NCBI GenBank assembly: GCA_001791305.1
Contig: MGEI01000005.1
Coordinates: forward strand, 404,208-468,207
Source of the DNA: Candidatus Uhrbacteria bacterium RIFCSPLOWO2_01_FULL_47_17
GTDB taxonomy: Bacteria > Patescibacteriota > Patescibacteriia > UBA9934 > GWF2-40-263
Length of the DNA stretch: 64,000 nt
Direction: 5' to 3'
Shown: piece by piece, positions 26,654 to 35,506 of the stretch
Position numbering within the stretch: position 1 is the first letter of the stretch
Layout of the letters: every line of letters begins with the position of its first letter
The notes under the pieces: generated by a model
The model's database searches: none
What the model was told of the DNA's origin: nothing
What the model saw: only the letters and a program-made list of their open reading frames with translations
Program-made: the position numbers and the translations under genes

Positions 26654-27802
26654 ATGATTGATTGGGCAACTCTGCAAGAATGGCAAACGGATTGGTTGCA
26701 TGTGGATCCGAGTCAGATCCAAAAACGTCGCAGGTTTTTGATCGATGCGCTCAGCCGCGAGCAAACACATGTCACGCGCGCGATGAATACGCTCAGAAAT
26801 GGTCGTCTGCGTTTGGTGCGTGAGTATGCGGATATTTTTACGGATCAGCTCGAGCTTGATTCGTCCGTTTCCACAACGCTCAATCCGCACCGATTACTCG
26901 AACTTGCCGAAAAGCCGTGGGCAGATCAAAAACCAGATGCGCAACGCTGGTTTGAGTCCATCAGTCGGTTTGATCAAGCGGTCGCGGTCGCAAAAATCGA
27001 AATGTCGGATTCGTACGAAATGCTCGCGCGCGACATCAACGATCTCATGGATTTTTTATGGGGACATTTGTTTGAACCTGTTTTTGAAAAGATCGAGGTC
27101 TATTGCTATCACGATCCGGCAACTGGGTACGCTGTTTCCGCCGAAGATGTCGGCATCGGTCATCATTTGTCACGACCGGGATTAAAACGCCGCAAATCGA
27201 ATTTGACCTGTCGAAAAACCATGAAGGGTGAACTCGCGTTTTTTCGCCATCGCATCAAAGACGCGTTTGACGCGTGGCTGAAATCGCAACGACAGGTTCA
27301 TGATCCGGAGAAAAAACATCCTTACACGGTGTATGATCGCTGCGGGCTCACATTCATTGTTCCGACCATGATGGAGTTGCATGACGTAGCTCTTCAAATC
27401 GTCGAGCTGTTGCTCGATCACGGAGGAACGGAGATTGAACCGCTCGATACGAATTTTGTTGCGGAACAGTCGATCGACGCAACGAATCGTCAATCTTCAC
27501 CTGCCTACAAAGCCGCAAAGACCCTGATTCAATTTCGCGGACGCGTGTACGAATTTCAGTTCCTGACATTTCATGATTACTTCACAAGTAAGCGTTCCTT
27601 GAATGATTCAAATCATGATTTGTATCGTTTGCGACAAACGCTCAAATACTTCTTGCCACTTCTGTGGCCAAAAGAAATTTACGCGGTCGATTGGGGGAAT
27701 CCTCACATCATCTCCTCGCTCCGCAAATGGAAAATCAATCAACTTGGTTTGCGTGTGAACGGAAAACACACATCCACACATGAGTCTTCTGAAGATCCTT
27801 GA
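26654..27802 (+). CDS. RelA/SpoT-like nucleotidyltransferase-fold protein (small alarmone synthetase / toxSAS-like)
   Basis: RHRIKDAFDAWLKS...VYDRCGLTFIV parallels RvKs..Si..Kl...iyDi.g.RiIV, and GRVYEFQFLTFHDY parallels vEvQIRT..mH. An unrecognised ~190-aa domain sits upstream of it. Confidence 0.4.
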   Translation: MIDWATLQEWQTDWLHVDPSQIQKRRRFLIDALSREQTHVTRAMNTLRNGRLRLVREYADIFTDQLELDSSVSTTLNPHRLLELAEKPWADQKPDAQRWFESISRFDQAVAVAKIEMSDSYEMLARDINDLMDFLWGHLFEPVFEKIEVYCYHDPATGYAVSAEDVGIGHHLSRPGLKRRKSNLTCRKTMKGELAFFRHRIKDAFDAWLKSQRQVHDPEKKHPYTVYDRCGLTFIVPTMMELHDVALQIVELLLDHGGTEIEPLDTNFVAEQSIDATNRQSSPAYKAAKTLIQFRGRVYEFQFLTFHDYFTSKRSLNDSNHDLYRLRQTLKYFLPLLWPKEIYAVDWGNPHIISSLRKWKINQLGLRVNGKHTSTHESSEDP

Positions 27803-27824
27803 ACGGGGATCTTTTTTTGATCGG

Positions 27825-27853
27825 TTGACAGGTATCACTCCATCACGTATTCT
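27825..27853 (+). promoter_or_regulatory. Promoter TTGACA-N17-TATTCT
   Basis: TTGACAggtatcactccatcacgTATTCT, 34 nt upstream of the 27887 ATG. Confidence 0.45.
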
Positions 27854-27886
27854 TTTGCTCGCGTGCGTGCACGCTTGGGGGTTCTC

Positions 27887-28357
27887 ATGATGACAGAATT
27901 CAAGCTCCGCTTCGGTCAGCTCACGAAAAAGGCCCGTGTGATGTTCATGGAAGGGAACATCACGTTCGGGCAGGCGCACCAGTTCTCGACGGCTCGGCAT
28001 CGGTTTCGGAAGGTGCAACTGAACGACCTCACTCGTCGTCACATCGATCATCACACCGAGATTCTCAAGTCCCTGCCGTTCATCACGTACTCGATCCAGT
28101 CGGTCGATGATTTGATGCATGAGATCTCGCGTCTTCCGCGTGCGATCCAGCATGCGATCATGAGCGGACAACTGACTCTCGTGCAAGCGCGCTACGCTCG
28201 CGAGCGCTCGCTCGGACGCAAAGACATCGCGGCGCTCACGTCGCGCAACGCAACCGATCTCATCACCGCACCCGTCACGCGCCCGGTTCGCAAAGCCCCG
28301 CGTGACCTCGTCCCGCTCCGCCGCCCGTCCTCGCCGCGCATCCCCACGCGTCGATAG
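27887..28357 (+). CDS. Hypothetical basic protein (156 aa), GC-rich
   Basis: Has its own promoter and a GGGG SD; the sequence is Arg-rich. The overlapping minus-strand ORF 27608..28186 was rejected. Confidence 0.3.
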   Translation: MMTEFKLRFGQLTKKARVMFMEGNITFGQAHQFSTARHRFRKVQLNDLTRRHIDHHTEILKSLPFITYSIQSVDDLMHEISRLPRAIQHAIMSGQLTLVQARYARERSLGRKDIAALTSRNATDLITAPVTRPVRKAPRDLVPLRRPSSPRIPTRR

Positions 28358-28707
28358 TCTCCTCGATCCTGATTCGTCAGGGTTTTTTTGTTGTGCATAA
28401 CCAGTTCATAACAAGTGCATAAGTTTGGTTGATTTTCCTTGAGCCTTTTTCATTTTCGAGATACAGTTAAATTGCCTCCCGGGCTAGCGGGTGCCCTCAA
28501 CTATGCCCTTCCAAGACGGTTTCGCGTTTTGCCTGCAAAACAAGAAACTCACGGATGTTTCTCATTTCGATGTTGGCGTCGTGGAGCGACCCCTCTACCT
28601 CAACCGCATCCAATGAGGAAGAGACGAATACTTCATCGCATTTTGTCTCTTCACCGATTTTCCTCATGGTCCTCGAGGAACACCCGTTTTCCCGCCAGGC
28701 GCCAAAA

Positions 28708-28737
28708 AATCCTCTTCCCTTCGGAGAGGATTTTTTG
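28708..28737 (+). terminator. Strong hairpin plus T-run in the long noncoding gap
   Basis: AATCCTCTtcccttcggAGAGGATT followed by TTTT. Confidence 0.5.
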
Positions 28738-28865
28738 ATTTTGATTGGATGATCCTTGGATTTTGGTAATCAACCAAGATTGTTTGACAAAAAGCCCAAA
28801 ACGCGATAGTCTTTTCTCTCGCGTTTTTGTTTTGCGAGACGTATTGTCATAACCACGGAGGAGAG

Positions 28866-29189
28866 ATGATCTACTGTCTCATGACGTCCATTGGTCTTAC
28901 CGAGGAGATTCGTTGGTGCTTGTTTGATCAAGCACGTGAATTGATCAGTCTTGGTCGGGAGCGGTGCAACATCGCCTCAGATTTTTTGGAAGGATATGTC
29001 GCGACAACTGGTAAGACCTGTGCACTTGGTGGAGTGATCGGCGTTCAGTTCGAGGCGTATGTGGAATCCAATCGCGGCAAAGGCTTGGTGCGATACCTCG
29101 TCCGTACGGGCGATCTTCCGGATCGCGAAAAACTCGCTTGGGCCTCACTTGATCCCGAACAGGGTACAGCCAAACAGGACGTGAACTAA
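28866..29189 (+). CDS. Hypothetical protein (107 aa)
   Basis: GGAGGAG SD before the ATG (MIYCLMTSIG...) and a terminator hairpin ACAGACGCatgaaGCGTCTGT plus T5 after the stop. Confidence 0.35.
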   Translation: MIYCLMTSIGLTEEIRWCLFDQARELISLGRERCNIASDFLEGYVATTGKTCALGGVIGVQFEAYVESNRGKGLVRYLVRTGDLPDREKLAWASLDPEQGTAKQDVN

Positions 29190-29226
29190 CCTTACAGACG
29201 CATGAATGCGTCTGTTTTTCTTTTGT

Positions 29227-29390
29227 TTGACATATGGTTTTGTATCGCGTATGTTGAATGTAACAAGTTTATGTTGAAACAAGTATTTCTCAATTCCGTT
29301 CACCATATTCGCCCTTCCGCCTGAAGGTCTGTGTTTCTGTTGTTTAAAAAAACAAAAACACCCTTCCAGGTCGGAAGGGTGTTTTTGTTT
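29227..29390 (+). ncRNA. Candidate small RNA: promoter TTGACA-N17-TATGTT (29227..29255) to a rho-independent terminator (29358..29390)
   Basis: There is no plausible ORF. The ~130-nt transcript ends at ACACCCTTCCaggtcGGAAGGGTGT followed by TTTTGTTTT. A family-A repeat and the GNAT start follow. Confidence 0.35.
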
Positions 29391-29401
29391 TGGGCGTCCC
29401 A

Positions 29402-29445
29402 GCCCCCTCTTCTCATCGAGGAGAGGGCGGGGGGAGAGGTGTCCC
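29402..29445. repeat. Family-A variant element immediately upstream of the GNAT start codon
   Basis: GCCCCCTCTTCTCATCGAGGAGAGGGCGGGGGGAGAGGTGTCCC, directly followed by the ATG. Confidence 0.65.
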
Positions 29446-30009
29446 ATGCGTATTCGTCGATTGAATTTCAGTGATCTTCGGCAAGTGGTTCTGTTGTATT
29501 GCGGGTGTTTCACAGAAGCTCCGTGGTTCGAATGCTTCGATCCGGAAGAAGTGTGGCAAGAGTTCGTGTTGCTGTTTGCGCAAGCGCTTCCAAAAAAGGT
29601 TCGTGCAAAACACAAAGAACGCGCAGAGTTTCTCGTATGTGAAAATGAGGGTCAAATCGTGGGCGCTGCGATCGGATTTCCAATGGCTCAGAAACCAGAT
29701 GTCGCCACCCTTGTGACGACAGACACGGAACACACATTTTATTTTTCCGAACTGTTCGTGAGTTCGATGTATCGCAAGCAAGGTGTCGCGAAAGCGCTGA
29801 TTCGTGCGCGTATGAAAAAAGCTCGCGCGCGCGGGTTCACACACGGCGTGGTGCGCACCTCGATTGCGCAGTCCGTCATTCAACATCTCTATGTCGACGA
29901 GCTCGGGTTTTCGATCGTTGCGACACAAGAGGTCACATCGACAAAAGTGATCGATGGCGTGAAACAGGACGTCCCTGACACGCGTGTGATCATGGCCGGA
30001 AAAATCTAG
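29446..30009 (+). CDS. GNAT family N-acetyltransferase
   Basis: Motif A VSSMYRKQGVAKALI in a 187-aa protein. Two hairpin terminators follow (30006..30030, 30041..30075). Confidence 0.6.
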   Translation: MRIRRLNFSDLRQVVLLYCGCFTEAPWFECFDPEEVWQEFVLLFAQALPKKVRAKHKERAEFLVCENEGQIVGAAIGFPMAQKPDVATLVTTDTEHTFYFSELFVSSMYRKQGVAKALIRARMKKARARGFTHGVVRTSIAQSVIQHLYVDELGFSIVATQEVTSTKVIDGVKQDVPDTRVIMAGKI

Positions 30010-30107
30010 GAGAGGGAGGGGCATGCCCCTCCCTTACGTAAACGTACAGGCGCACGACATGCGCCTGTTTTTTGTGTATGAAAAAACCATCTCGAGATTC
30101 GAGATGG

Positions 30108-32072
30108 TTAGAGGTTGACTTCTTCGATCCAAGCCGTGAGGACAACGTCCGCAGGAGCGCGCCAGTCACCGCGAGGCGAGAGCGACACGCTTGCGATCTT
30201 CGGGCAGTCCGGCAGGTTTTGCCGTTTGAATTGTGCGTTCGAGAATCGCTTCAGGAACGCGAGCAACCATTTCAGAATCGTGGCGCGATCGAATTCTCCC
30301 GCGAACGTGAGTTCGGCGAGCCAAGCAATTTTTCGCGGCGCGTATCCATTGCGGATCATGTGCCAGAGGAAAAAGTCGTGCAGGATGTACGGACCGATGA
30401 TGTCTTCGGTTAGTTGCTCGATTTCGCCAGCCTTCTTTGCTTTCACAAGTTCTGGCGAAACGGGCGTCGCGAGAACGTCGAGGATCGACGTGCGGATTTC
30501 CTTGAAGAGCTCGATGTCCGCCGCGTGGCGAACAAGGTATTTCACGAGCGTTTTCGGGATGTCGCCGTTTGGATTGTACATCGACTGTTGATCGCCGTTG
30601 TACGTGCACCAACCTTGCGCGATTTCCGAGAGATCGCCCGTGCCAATCACGAACCCGAGGTCCATGAGAATGTGCGTGCGTTCACGCGCTTGCGCGTTCT
30701 CACACTGCAGGCACGTCCAGCACGGCTCGTGGCCAATGCTGCGAAGATGAGTCGTCACATTCTTCACAATCGAAATGTCTTTCCAGGTGACGCCGGTTTG
30801 CTGAATGAGCTTCAGCGCATTTTTCTTTGTGCGCTTCGAAGTGCCAGCGCCCGGCATCGTCACCGCAAGGATGCCCTTGCGATCCCAACCGAGTTCGTCA
30901 AACGCGCGAAGTGTGAAGAGAAATGCGAGAAGCGAATCGAGTCCGCCCGAGATGCCGATGACAACCTGACGTTTCGTCACGTTTTCGACACTCAAGAGTT
31001 TTCGCTTGAGCGCGGTCACGGCGTGGGCGAAGATGTCTTCGCACCGTTCGGCGCGTAGCTTGTCATCCGACGGAACAAACGGGAGTTTGTTCAGGGGGAC
31101 GATCGGACGCACCGCGATCGCATCGTCGGACGATTTGATCGTGCACTCGATCCGATGGAACGTTTTCGGATCGACCATCGAGGTCTGACCGAAACTTCCG
31201 GACATGAATCGCTCGCGTTCGAGCTTCTCGACATCAATGTCTGTGATGAGGAGTTGCGATTCGAACTGAAACGGTTTGGAGCGAATCCGCAGATGGCCGT
31301 TTTCGGCAATCATCGCGTCGCCGTCAAAGATGACATCGCCGGACGATTCCCACGGACCAGACGAGACGTACAAGTACGCACTCATGCAGCGCGCCGACTG
31401 TTGCGTCACGAGGTCTTTGCGATACGCTCCCTTTCCAATCTCGCTGTTTGAAGCAGAGAGATTGGTGAGGATCGTCGCGCCCGCATTCGCCATGTGCGAA
31501 CTCGGAGGAATCGGCATCCAGACGTCTTCACAGATTTCCGTGCCGAGACAAAAGATGCGGTGCTTGCTCGAACCCGTGCCCACGAACACATCTATCACGT
31601 GATTCGTTCCAAACGGAACACGCTGTCCGCAGAGTTCCACTTCCGAAATAGTCGCTTCATACGATGGTCGAAACCATCGGCTTTCGTAGAAGTGCTTGTA
31701 GTTCGGAATGAACGTCTTTGGCGTCACACACAAGATCTTGCCCTTGTGGCAGGTCACTGCAACATTGAACAACTTTTGGTTCACGAGCAGTGGCATGCCG
31801 ACTTGGATGATCATGTCGATCGCGTCTGTTAGATTGAGAAACAACTGAAGTTCCTCGACGGCTTTCTTGTGGAGAAATGGTTGCAAGAACAAATCGCCGC
31901 AGGTGTAGCCGGTAAGCGAGAGTTCTGGAAACGTGAGCAACTGTACACGCTCATGTTCAGCATTCCCAACAAGTTTCATCATCTCAAACACATTCATACG
32001 TGGATTTGCAACGTGCACTCTCGGCACCGCAACCGCCACACGAACAAGACCAAACGTATTCTTGGGTTTCAT
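30108..32072 (-). CDS. nadE: Glutamine-dependent NAD+ synthetase (N-terminal CN-hydrolase domain plus C-terminal NAD synthetase)
   Basis: Nitrilase-type N-terminus (LLTFPELSLTGYTCGDLF), C-terminal PP-loop VIGISGGLDS and a GGAGG SD. The start was chosen at the internal Met, giving 654 aa. Confidence 0.85.
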   Translation of the reverse strand: MKPKNTFGLVRVAVAVPRVHVANPRMNVFEMMKLVGNAEHERVQLLTFPELSLTGYTCGDLFLQPFLHKKAVEELQLFLNLTDAIDMIIQVGMPLLVNQKLFNVAVTCHKGKILCVTPKTFIPNYKHFYESRWFRPSYEATISEVELCGQRVPFGTNHVIDVFVGTGSSKHRIFCLGTEICEDVWMPIPPSSHMANAGATILTNLSASNSEIGKGAYRKDLVTQQSARCMSAYLYVSSGPWESSGDVIFDGDAMIAENGHLRIRSKPFQFESQLLITDIDVEKLERERFMSGSFGQTSMVDPKTFHRIECTIKSSDDAIAVRPIVPLNKLPFVPSDDKLRAERCEDIFAHAVTALKRKLLSVENVTKRQVVIGISGGLDSLLAFLFTLRAFDELGWDRKGILAVTMPGAGTSKRTKKNALKLIQQTGVTWKDISIVKNVTTHLRSIGHEPCWTCLQCENAQARERTHILMDLGFVIGTGDLSEIAQGWCTYNGDQQSMYNPNGDIPKTLVKYLVRHAADIELFKEIRTSILDVLATPVSPELVKAKKAGEIEQLTEDIIGPYILHDFFLWHMIRNGYAPRKIAWLAELTFAGEFDRATILKWLLAFLKRFSNAQFKRQNLPDCPKIASVSLSPRGDWRAPADVVLTAWIEEVNL

Positions 32073-32162
32073 GTTGTCTCCTTCCTGATTTTCGCATACC
32101 GACACGATTGTCAGTGGGCGAAGAAAAGGGGCGATGTAAACATCGCCAGATCGTATCGTGTC

Positions 32163-32192
32163 CGTAGGGGAGGGTCGCGACCCTCCCCTACG
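32163..32192. repeat. Family-C palindrome CGTAGGGGAGGGTCGCGACCCTCCCCTACG between the radical SAM gene and nadE
   Basis: Paralog of 1703..1726 with the same AATGC flank. Confidence 0.6.
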
Positions 32193-32205
32193 AATGCGCA
32201 TCGCA

Positions 32206-33165
32206 TCAATACAGAATATCGCCGTTGTGATCCCAGTTGCGGTAACCGTGACCGTCGGGCTTGTGCACGATCGACTTCATGACCGTACCGCCGTTTGCTT
32301 CTTCGCAGCGCGCAAACGTGACGTTCACGCCATGCGACTGCTCGTCGAAAATCCCGCCGACCAGGAACACAGGCGTGCCCCACGGAAGCGGATTGCCGAT
32401 GCGGACGCCGTGTTCCTTGTTCATACCGAACTCGGTGAACGCGGTCTGGAGCGGCGCGATGTCGATCCAGTTCGTCGCATTCCAGTCGATCACTTCCTGC
32501 GTCGCGCGGCCAACCGATTCCGGTCGCCATACTTCGCGGATGACCACCATTTGCACGCCGAGGTTGCCGAGCACACGAATGTACTCGAGAATCCCAGCCG
32601 TATTTTTCACACCTGACTTGTTGATGACAAGCGACGCGCGAACCATGAGTCCAAAGCTTCGACAACGTTGAATCAACTCCGCCGGCGACTTCTTGATCAA
32701 CATGAGTTCACGATTCTGTTTGAAGTCGTGACTCGCGATCGAGAGCGTGATCATGGTGAGACCAGCATTGACGAGATCCGGAAGTAGATATTCTCTTGAA
32801 ATGGACGGTGGTAGATTGGGTTGGAACAAGTAACCGTTCGTATGCATGTCCACGAGCGGAAGATAACGACTGCATTCTTTCACAACACTCACGAGGTACT
32901 CAGCTTTTTCCTGACTTGGATCCGCACGCCCTGTGAGGATCGCGTGCGTTGCGCCCGTGCGTTCTGCAAATCGCAGACCGACACGAAGACGCTTCAAGCC
33001 ACAGAGCTTCACAAGCTTCTCGTCTTCAACCTCCGTCCCGGGCGTTGTGCGACTGATGCAAAACTTGCAACCAGCTGTGCAACGCTCGCGGGTAGAGAGC
33101 TGAATCGAAATGCTTTGTGCGCGCATCTGTCCAGAACCGTGAGCGATTTGCTGATGGTCTGCCAT
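32206..33165 (-). CDS. Radical SAM protein of unknown function
   Basis: CTAGCKFC (a Cx3Cx2C motif) near the N-terminus and an AAGGTGAAGGAG SD. Confidence 0.55.
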   Translation of the reverse strand: MADHQQIAHGSGQMRAQSISIQLSTRERCTAGCKFCISRTTPGTEVEDEKLVKLCGLKRLRVGLRFAERTGATHAILTGRADPSQEKAEYLVSVVKECSRYLPLVDMHTNGYLFQPNLPPSISREYLLPDLVNAGLTMITLSIASHDFKQNRELMLIKKSPAELIQRCRSFGLMVRASLVINKSGVKNTAGILEYIRVLGNLGVQMVVIREVWRPESVGRATQEVIDWNATNWIDIAPLQTAFTEFGMNKEHGVRIGNPLPWGTPVFLVGGIFDEQSHGVNVTFARCEEANGGTVMKSIVHKPDGHGYRNWDHNGDILY

Positions 33166-33248
33166 TGAATGAACTCCTTCACCTTCACACGTCGACGAAA
33201 TTGTCGGCGGGTGGAGAAAAGGATGATGCATGTGCATCATCAAGCCTG

Positions 33249-33962
33249 TTAATCCATTTCCACTCCATGTTCTTCGCCATCCATATCGTCATCACCGCGC
33301 TCATCTTCGAACGGATAGGCGGCATCGTCGCTAGAGACACCCTCGCAATCACAGGAGTGATCGATGACCTCGTTCAGACGAACGATCTTGCGTTCGAGGA
33401 GCTTCAAGCGAATGTATTGAATGAATGCGAGCACGCGCAGGTCGTCGCAGACGAACGTTTCGAGATCTTTTGTTGAGACCCAGTGACGGGTGATCCCTTC
33501 GTTCTCGCCTTCCGCGCTGCGAACGTCATCGTCCTTGCCCGTAAGTTGTTCGGGGCGTACCTCGGCATAGCAAAGGTATGCACGTTCGGTGAGGACACCA
33601 ATCGATAGCACCATGCTTTGGCCGAAGTTCAACATCTCGATGTCATCCTCCGTGAGGTCAACTCCGACTTCTTCCATCGCTTCTTTGATGAGAAGTTGTT
33701 TGGGCGAAAGTTTTACATCGAATCGACCCGCAAACGGCGTGACGAGCGTGCCGTGCGGATTCTCGTCTGACATCGCCGCAACGTGATCTTGCCTGATGAG
33801 CAAAATGCGTTCGTTGACGACATCGTGGAGAACTCCCGCAACAGAATCCGTTGTCCGGATGAATTCATTCAAGAATCGATTGCCGGGTTTTAGCCAGCGC
33901 TCCAGTATGACAAACCCTTTGTGAGGGATGTCGACCAGAACGGGAAGCGGTTTGTTTGCCAT
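33249..33962 (-). CDS. Nudix hydrolase (ADP-ribose/NAD-related pyrophosphatase candidate) with an acidic C-terminal tail
   Basis: Nudix box GRFDVKLSPKQLLIKEAMEEVGV. The SD is nearly identical to that of the radical SAM gene. Confidence 0.6.
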   Translation of the reverse strand: MANKPLPVLVDIPHKGFVILERWLKPGNRFLNEFIRTTDSVAGVLHDVVNERILLIRQDHVAAMSDENPHGTLVTPFAGRFDVKLSPKQLLIKEAMEEVGVDLTEDDIEMLNFGQSMVLSIGVLTERAYLCYAEVRPEQLTGKDDDVRSAEGENEGITRHWVSTKDLETFVCDDLRVLAFIQYIRLKLLERKIVRLNEVIDHSCDCEGVSSDDAAYPFEDERGDDDMDGEEHGVEMD

Positions 33963-34037
33963 CGTTGTTTCCTTCACCTTCACATGCCGACACAATTGTC
34001 AGCATGCGGAGAAAAGGGGTGATTGAATCACCCAGGT

Positions 34038-34069
34038 TATGGGCGGGGTCACCAGACCCCGCGACGAAT
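34038..34069. repeat. Family-B palindrome TATGGGCGGGGTCACCAGACCCCGCGACGAAT downstream of pncB
   Basis: Near-identical to the copy inside leuS. Confidence 0.65.
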
Positions 34070-35325
34070 CAGACCAAACACGTAACATTTACATGTTCGT
34101 ATCGATCGTAATTCGTCAGTCGTTTCACACGCAGTACAGCAGATGTGCGGCCGGTCAGTTTCTTTCGGTTGTCCGAGAGTTTGACGGTTGCGCGTCCCGA
34201 GATGTGAGTGAGCTTGCAGACAATCGAGAGTGCTTTCAGTCCGCGATTGTTTTCGTAATTCTGGAAACCCATGTTGTTGCCAAGGTTCGTGCCCCAGCCA
34301 AACGCGAGTTTGATGCGACCGCGGAAGTGCGCGTTCAATTGCACGATGAGTCGTGCGTCGAGACCGTCCGAGAAGACAATGAGTTTCGTCTTTGGATCGA
34401 TTCCGATCAACTCGTAAAACTTGATGATCTTTTCGCCGTATGCAAACGGGTCGCCGGAATCGTGACGTGTTCCGATCCACAGCTCGGCAAACGCCTTGAA
34501 GTGTTCGAGGAAGTAGTCCGAGCCGTACGTGTCCGAAAGCGCGATCGAAAGGATGGTGCCGTAGAGTGCAAACCATTGTTCGAGGAGCAGATCGTGCGAG
34601 TACATGTACCCGCGTGCGTCGTCCTCTTTGTGGTAAATGCCTTGATAGCCCATGTCCATTTCGTGGGCGATGGTGCCGATCGCTTCAATGCCGAGTTCAA
34701 GCGCGATCCAGATGTTGGATGTGCCCGCAAATTGTTTGCCCATTGTTGCAGCACAGGTTGCAACAACTTCGAACTGCCAATCATAGCTCCACCGACGACG
34801 CGTGCTGAAATCTGTGACGACGGCGTCCGATTCCATGACAATGTCGATGTTCTCGATGAGCTTGTCGCGGCCCGAGGCAATGACTTCTTCTTCCGTGAGC
34901 CCGAGCTCTTTGCACTTTGCGCGGAAGTAGATGCGATTGACCACGTTCATGATGAACGTTTCCCACATCGTGATTGCGGTCCACTTGCCCTGCGCGTAAA
35001 TGGCGAGCTTGCCTTTCACCACGCCGACATGAATGTCCGAGAGCTTGTAGCTGCGAAGCCACGTAAGGAACGCAGGCTGCAGTTGTTTGCCAAGGGTTGG
35101 ATGATTCCGAAGGCGTTCGATCATGCCCTGCGTCATCGTCATCTGCTTGATGTGGTCGAGTTCCGCTTGGACTTGTTCGACCGTCATGTAATTGAGCAGA
35201 TTCACATCTGTCCGATTTTTGAACGTGAAGCGTCCCTTGCGTTTGCGCTGATGGAGCCAGATGAACTGGAGCATCATCAGTTTGTACTTGTCTGTATCGA
35301 GTAAGTTCTTGACGATGTCGAACAT
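34069..35325 (-). CDS. pncB: Nicotinate phosphoribosyltransferase
   Basis: MFDIVKNLLDTDKYKLMMLQ (cf. pncB's DTDxYKLTM), ~418 aa, AGGAGG SD. Confidence 0.75.
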   Translation of the reverse strand: MFDIVKNLLDTDKYKLMMLQFIWLHQRKRKGRFTFKNRTDVNLLNYMTVEQVQAELDHIKQMTMTQGMIERLRNHPTLGKQLQPAFLTWLRSYKLSDIHVGVVKGKLAIYAQGKWTAITMWETFIMNVVNRIYFRAKCKELGLTEEEVIASGRDKLIENIDIVMESDAVVTDFSTRRRWSYDWQFEVVATCAATMGKQFAGTSNIWIALELGIEAIGTIAHEMDMGYQGIYHKEDDARGYMYSHDLLLEQWFALYGTILSIALSDTYGSDYFLEHFKAFAELWIGTRHDSGDPFAYGEKIIKFYELIGIDPKTKLIVFSDGLDARLIVQLNAHFRGRIKLAFGWGTNLGNNMGFQNYENNRGLKALSIVCKLTHISGRATVKLSDNRKKLTGRTSAVLRVKRLTNYDRYEHVNVTCLV

Positions 35326-35348
35326 CGTGCCTCCTGTTTCAACGCTTA

Positions 35349-35371
35349 CTCATGAACCCCGTGTTCATGAG
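35349..35371. promoter_or_regulatory. Inverted repeat CTCATGAAC-cccgt-GTTCATGAG in the pncB leader
   Basis: Perfect 9-bp arms, 24-46 nt upstream of the pncB start. Confidence 0.35.
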
Positions 35372-35506
35372 AGAAATGTGCCCCCGAATGCGTTCCACGA
35401 AGCCCCTCCTGCGAAGGAGGGGTTGGGGGAGGTTGCGCTCAGGAAAACGTTTCTTGAAGGAAAAATGTTCCCGGGGCTGAATGATTCAACCCCGAGACGA
35501 GATGAC

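Noticed and set aside
27608-28186. 192-aa minus-strand ORF
   Set aside because: It overlaps the 3' end of the RelA/SpoT-like gene and the plus-strand gene 27887..28357, which has a canonical promoter. No SD or promoter was found for it.
28358-28865. Possible tmRNA, RNase P RNA or SRP RNA in the long noncoding gap
   Set aside because: No tRNA-like CCA 3' end, no RNase P P4 motif (AGGAAAGTCCGGGCTCC) and no SRP domain-IV GGAAGCAGCC motif was seen. It is kept only as a generic ncRNA/repeat candidate.
29413-30024. 203-aa minus-strand ORF
   Set aside because: Antisense to the GNAT gene, which has a clear motif A.
34039-35304. 421-aa plus-strand ORF
   Set aside because: Antisense to pncB, which has the diagnostic DTDKYKLMM motif and an AGGAGG SD.
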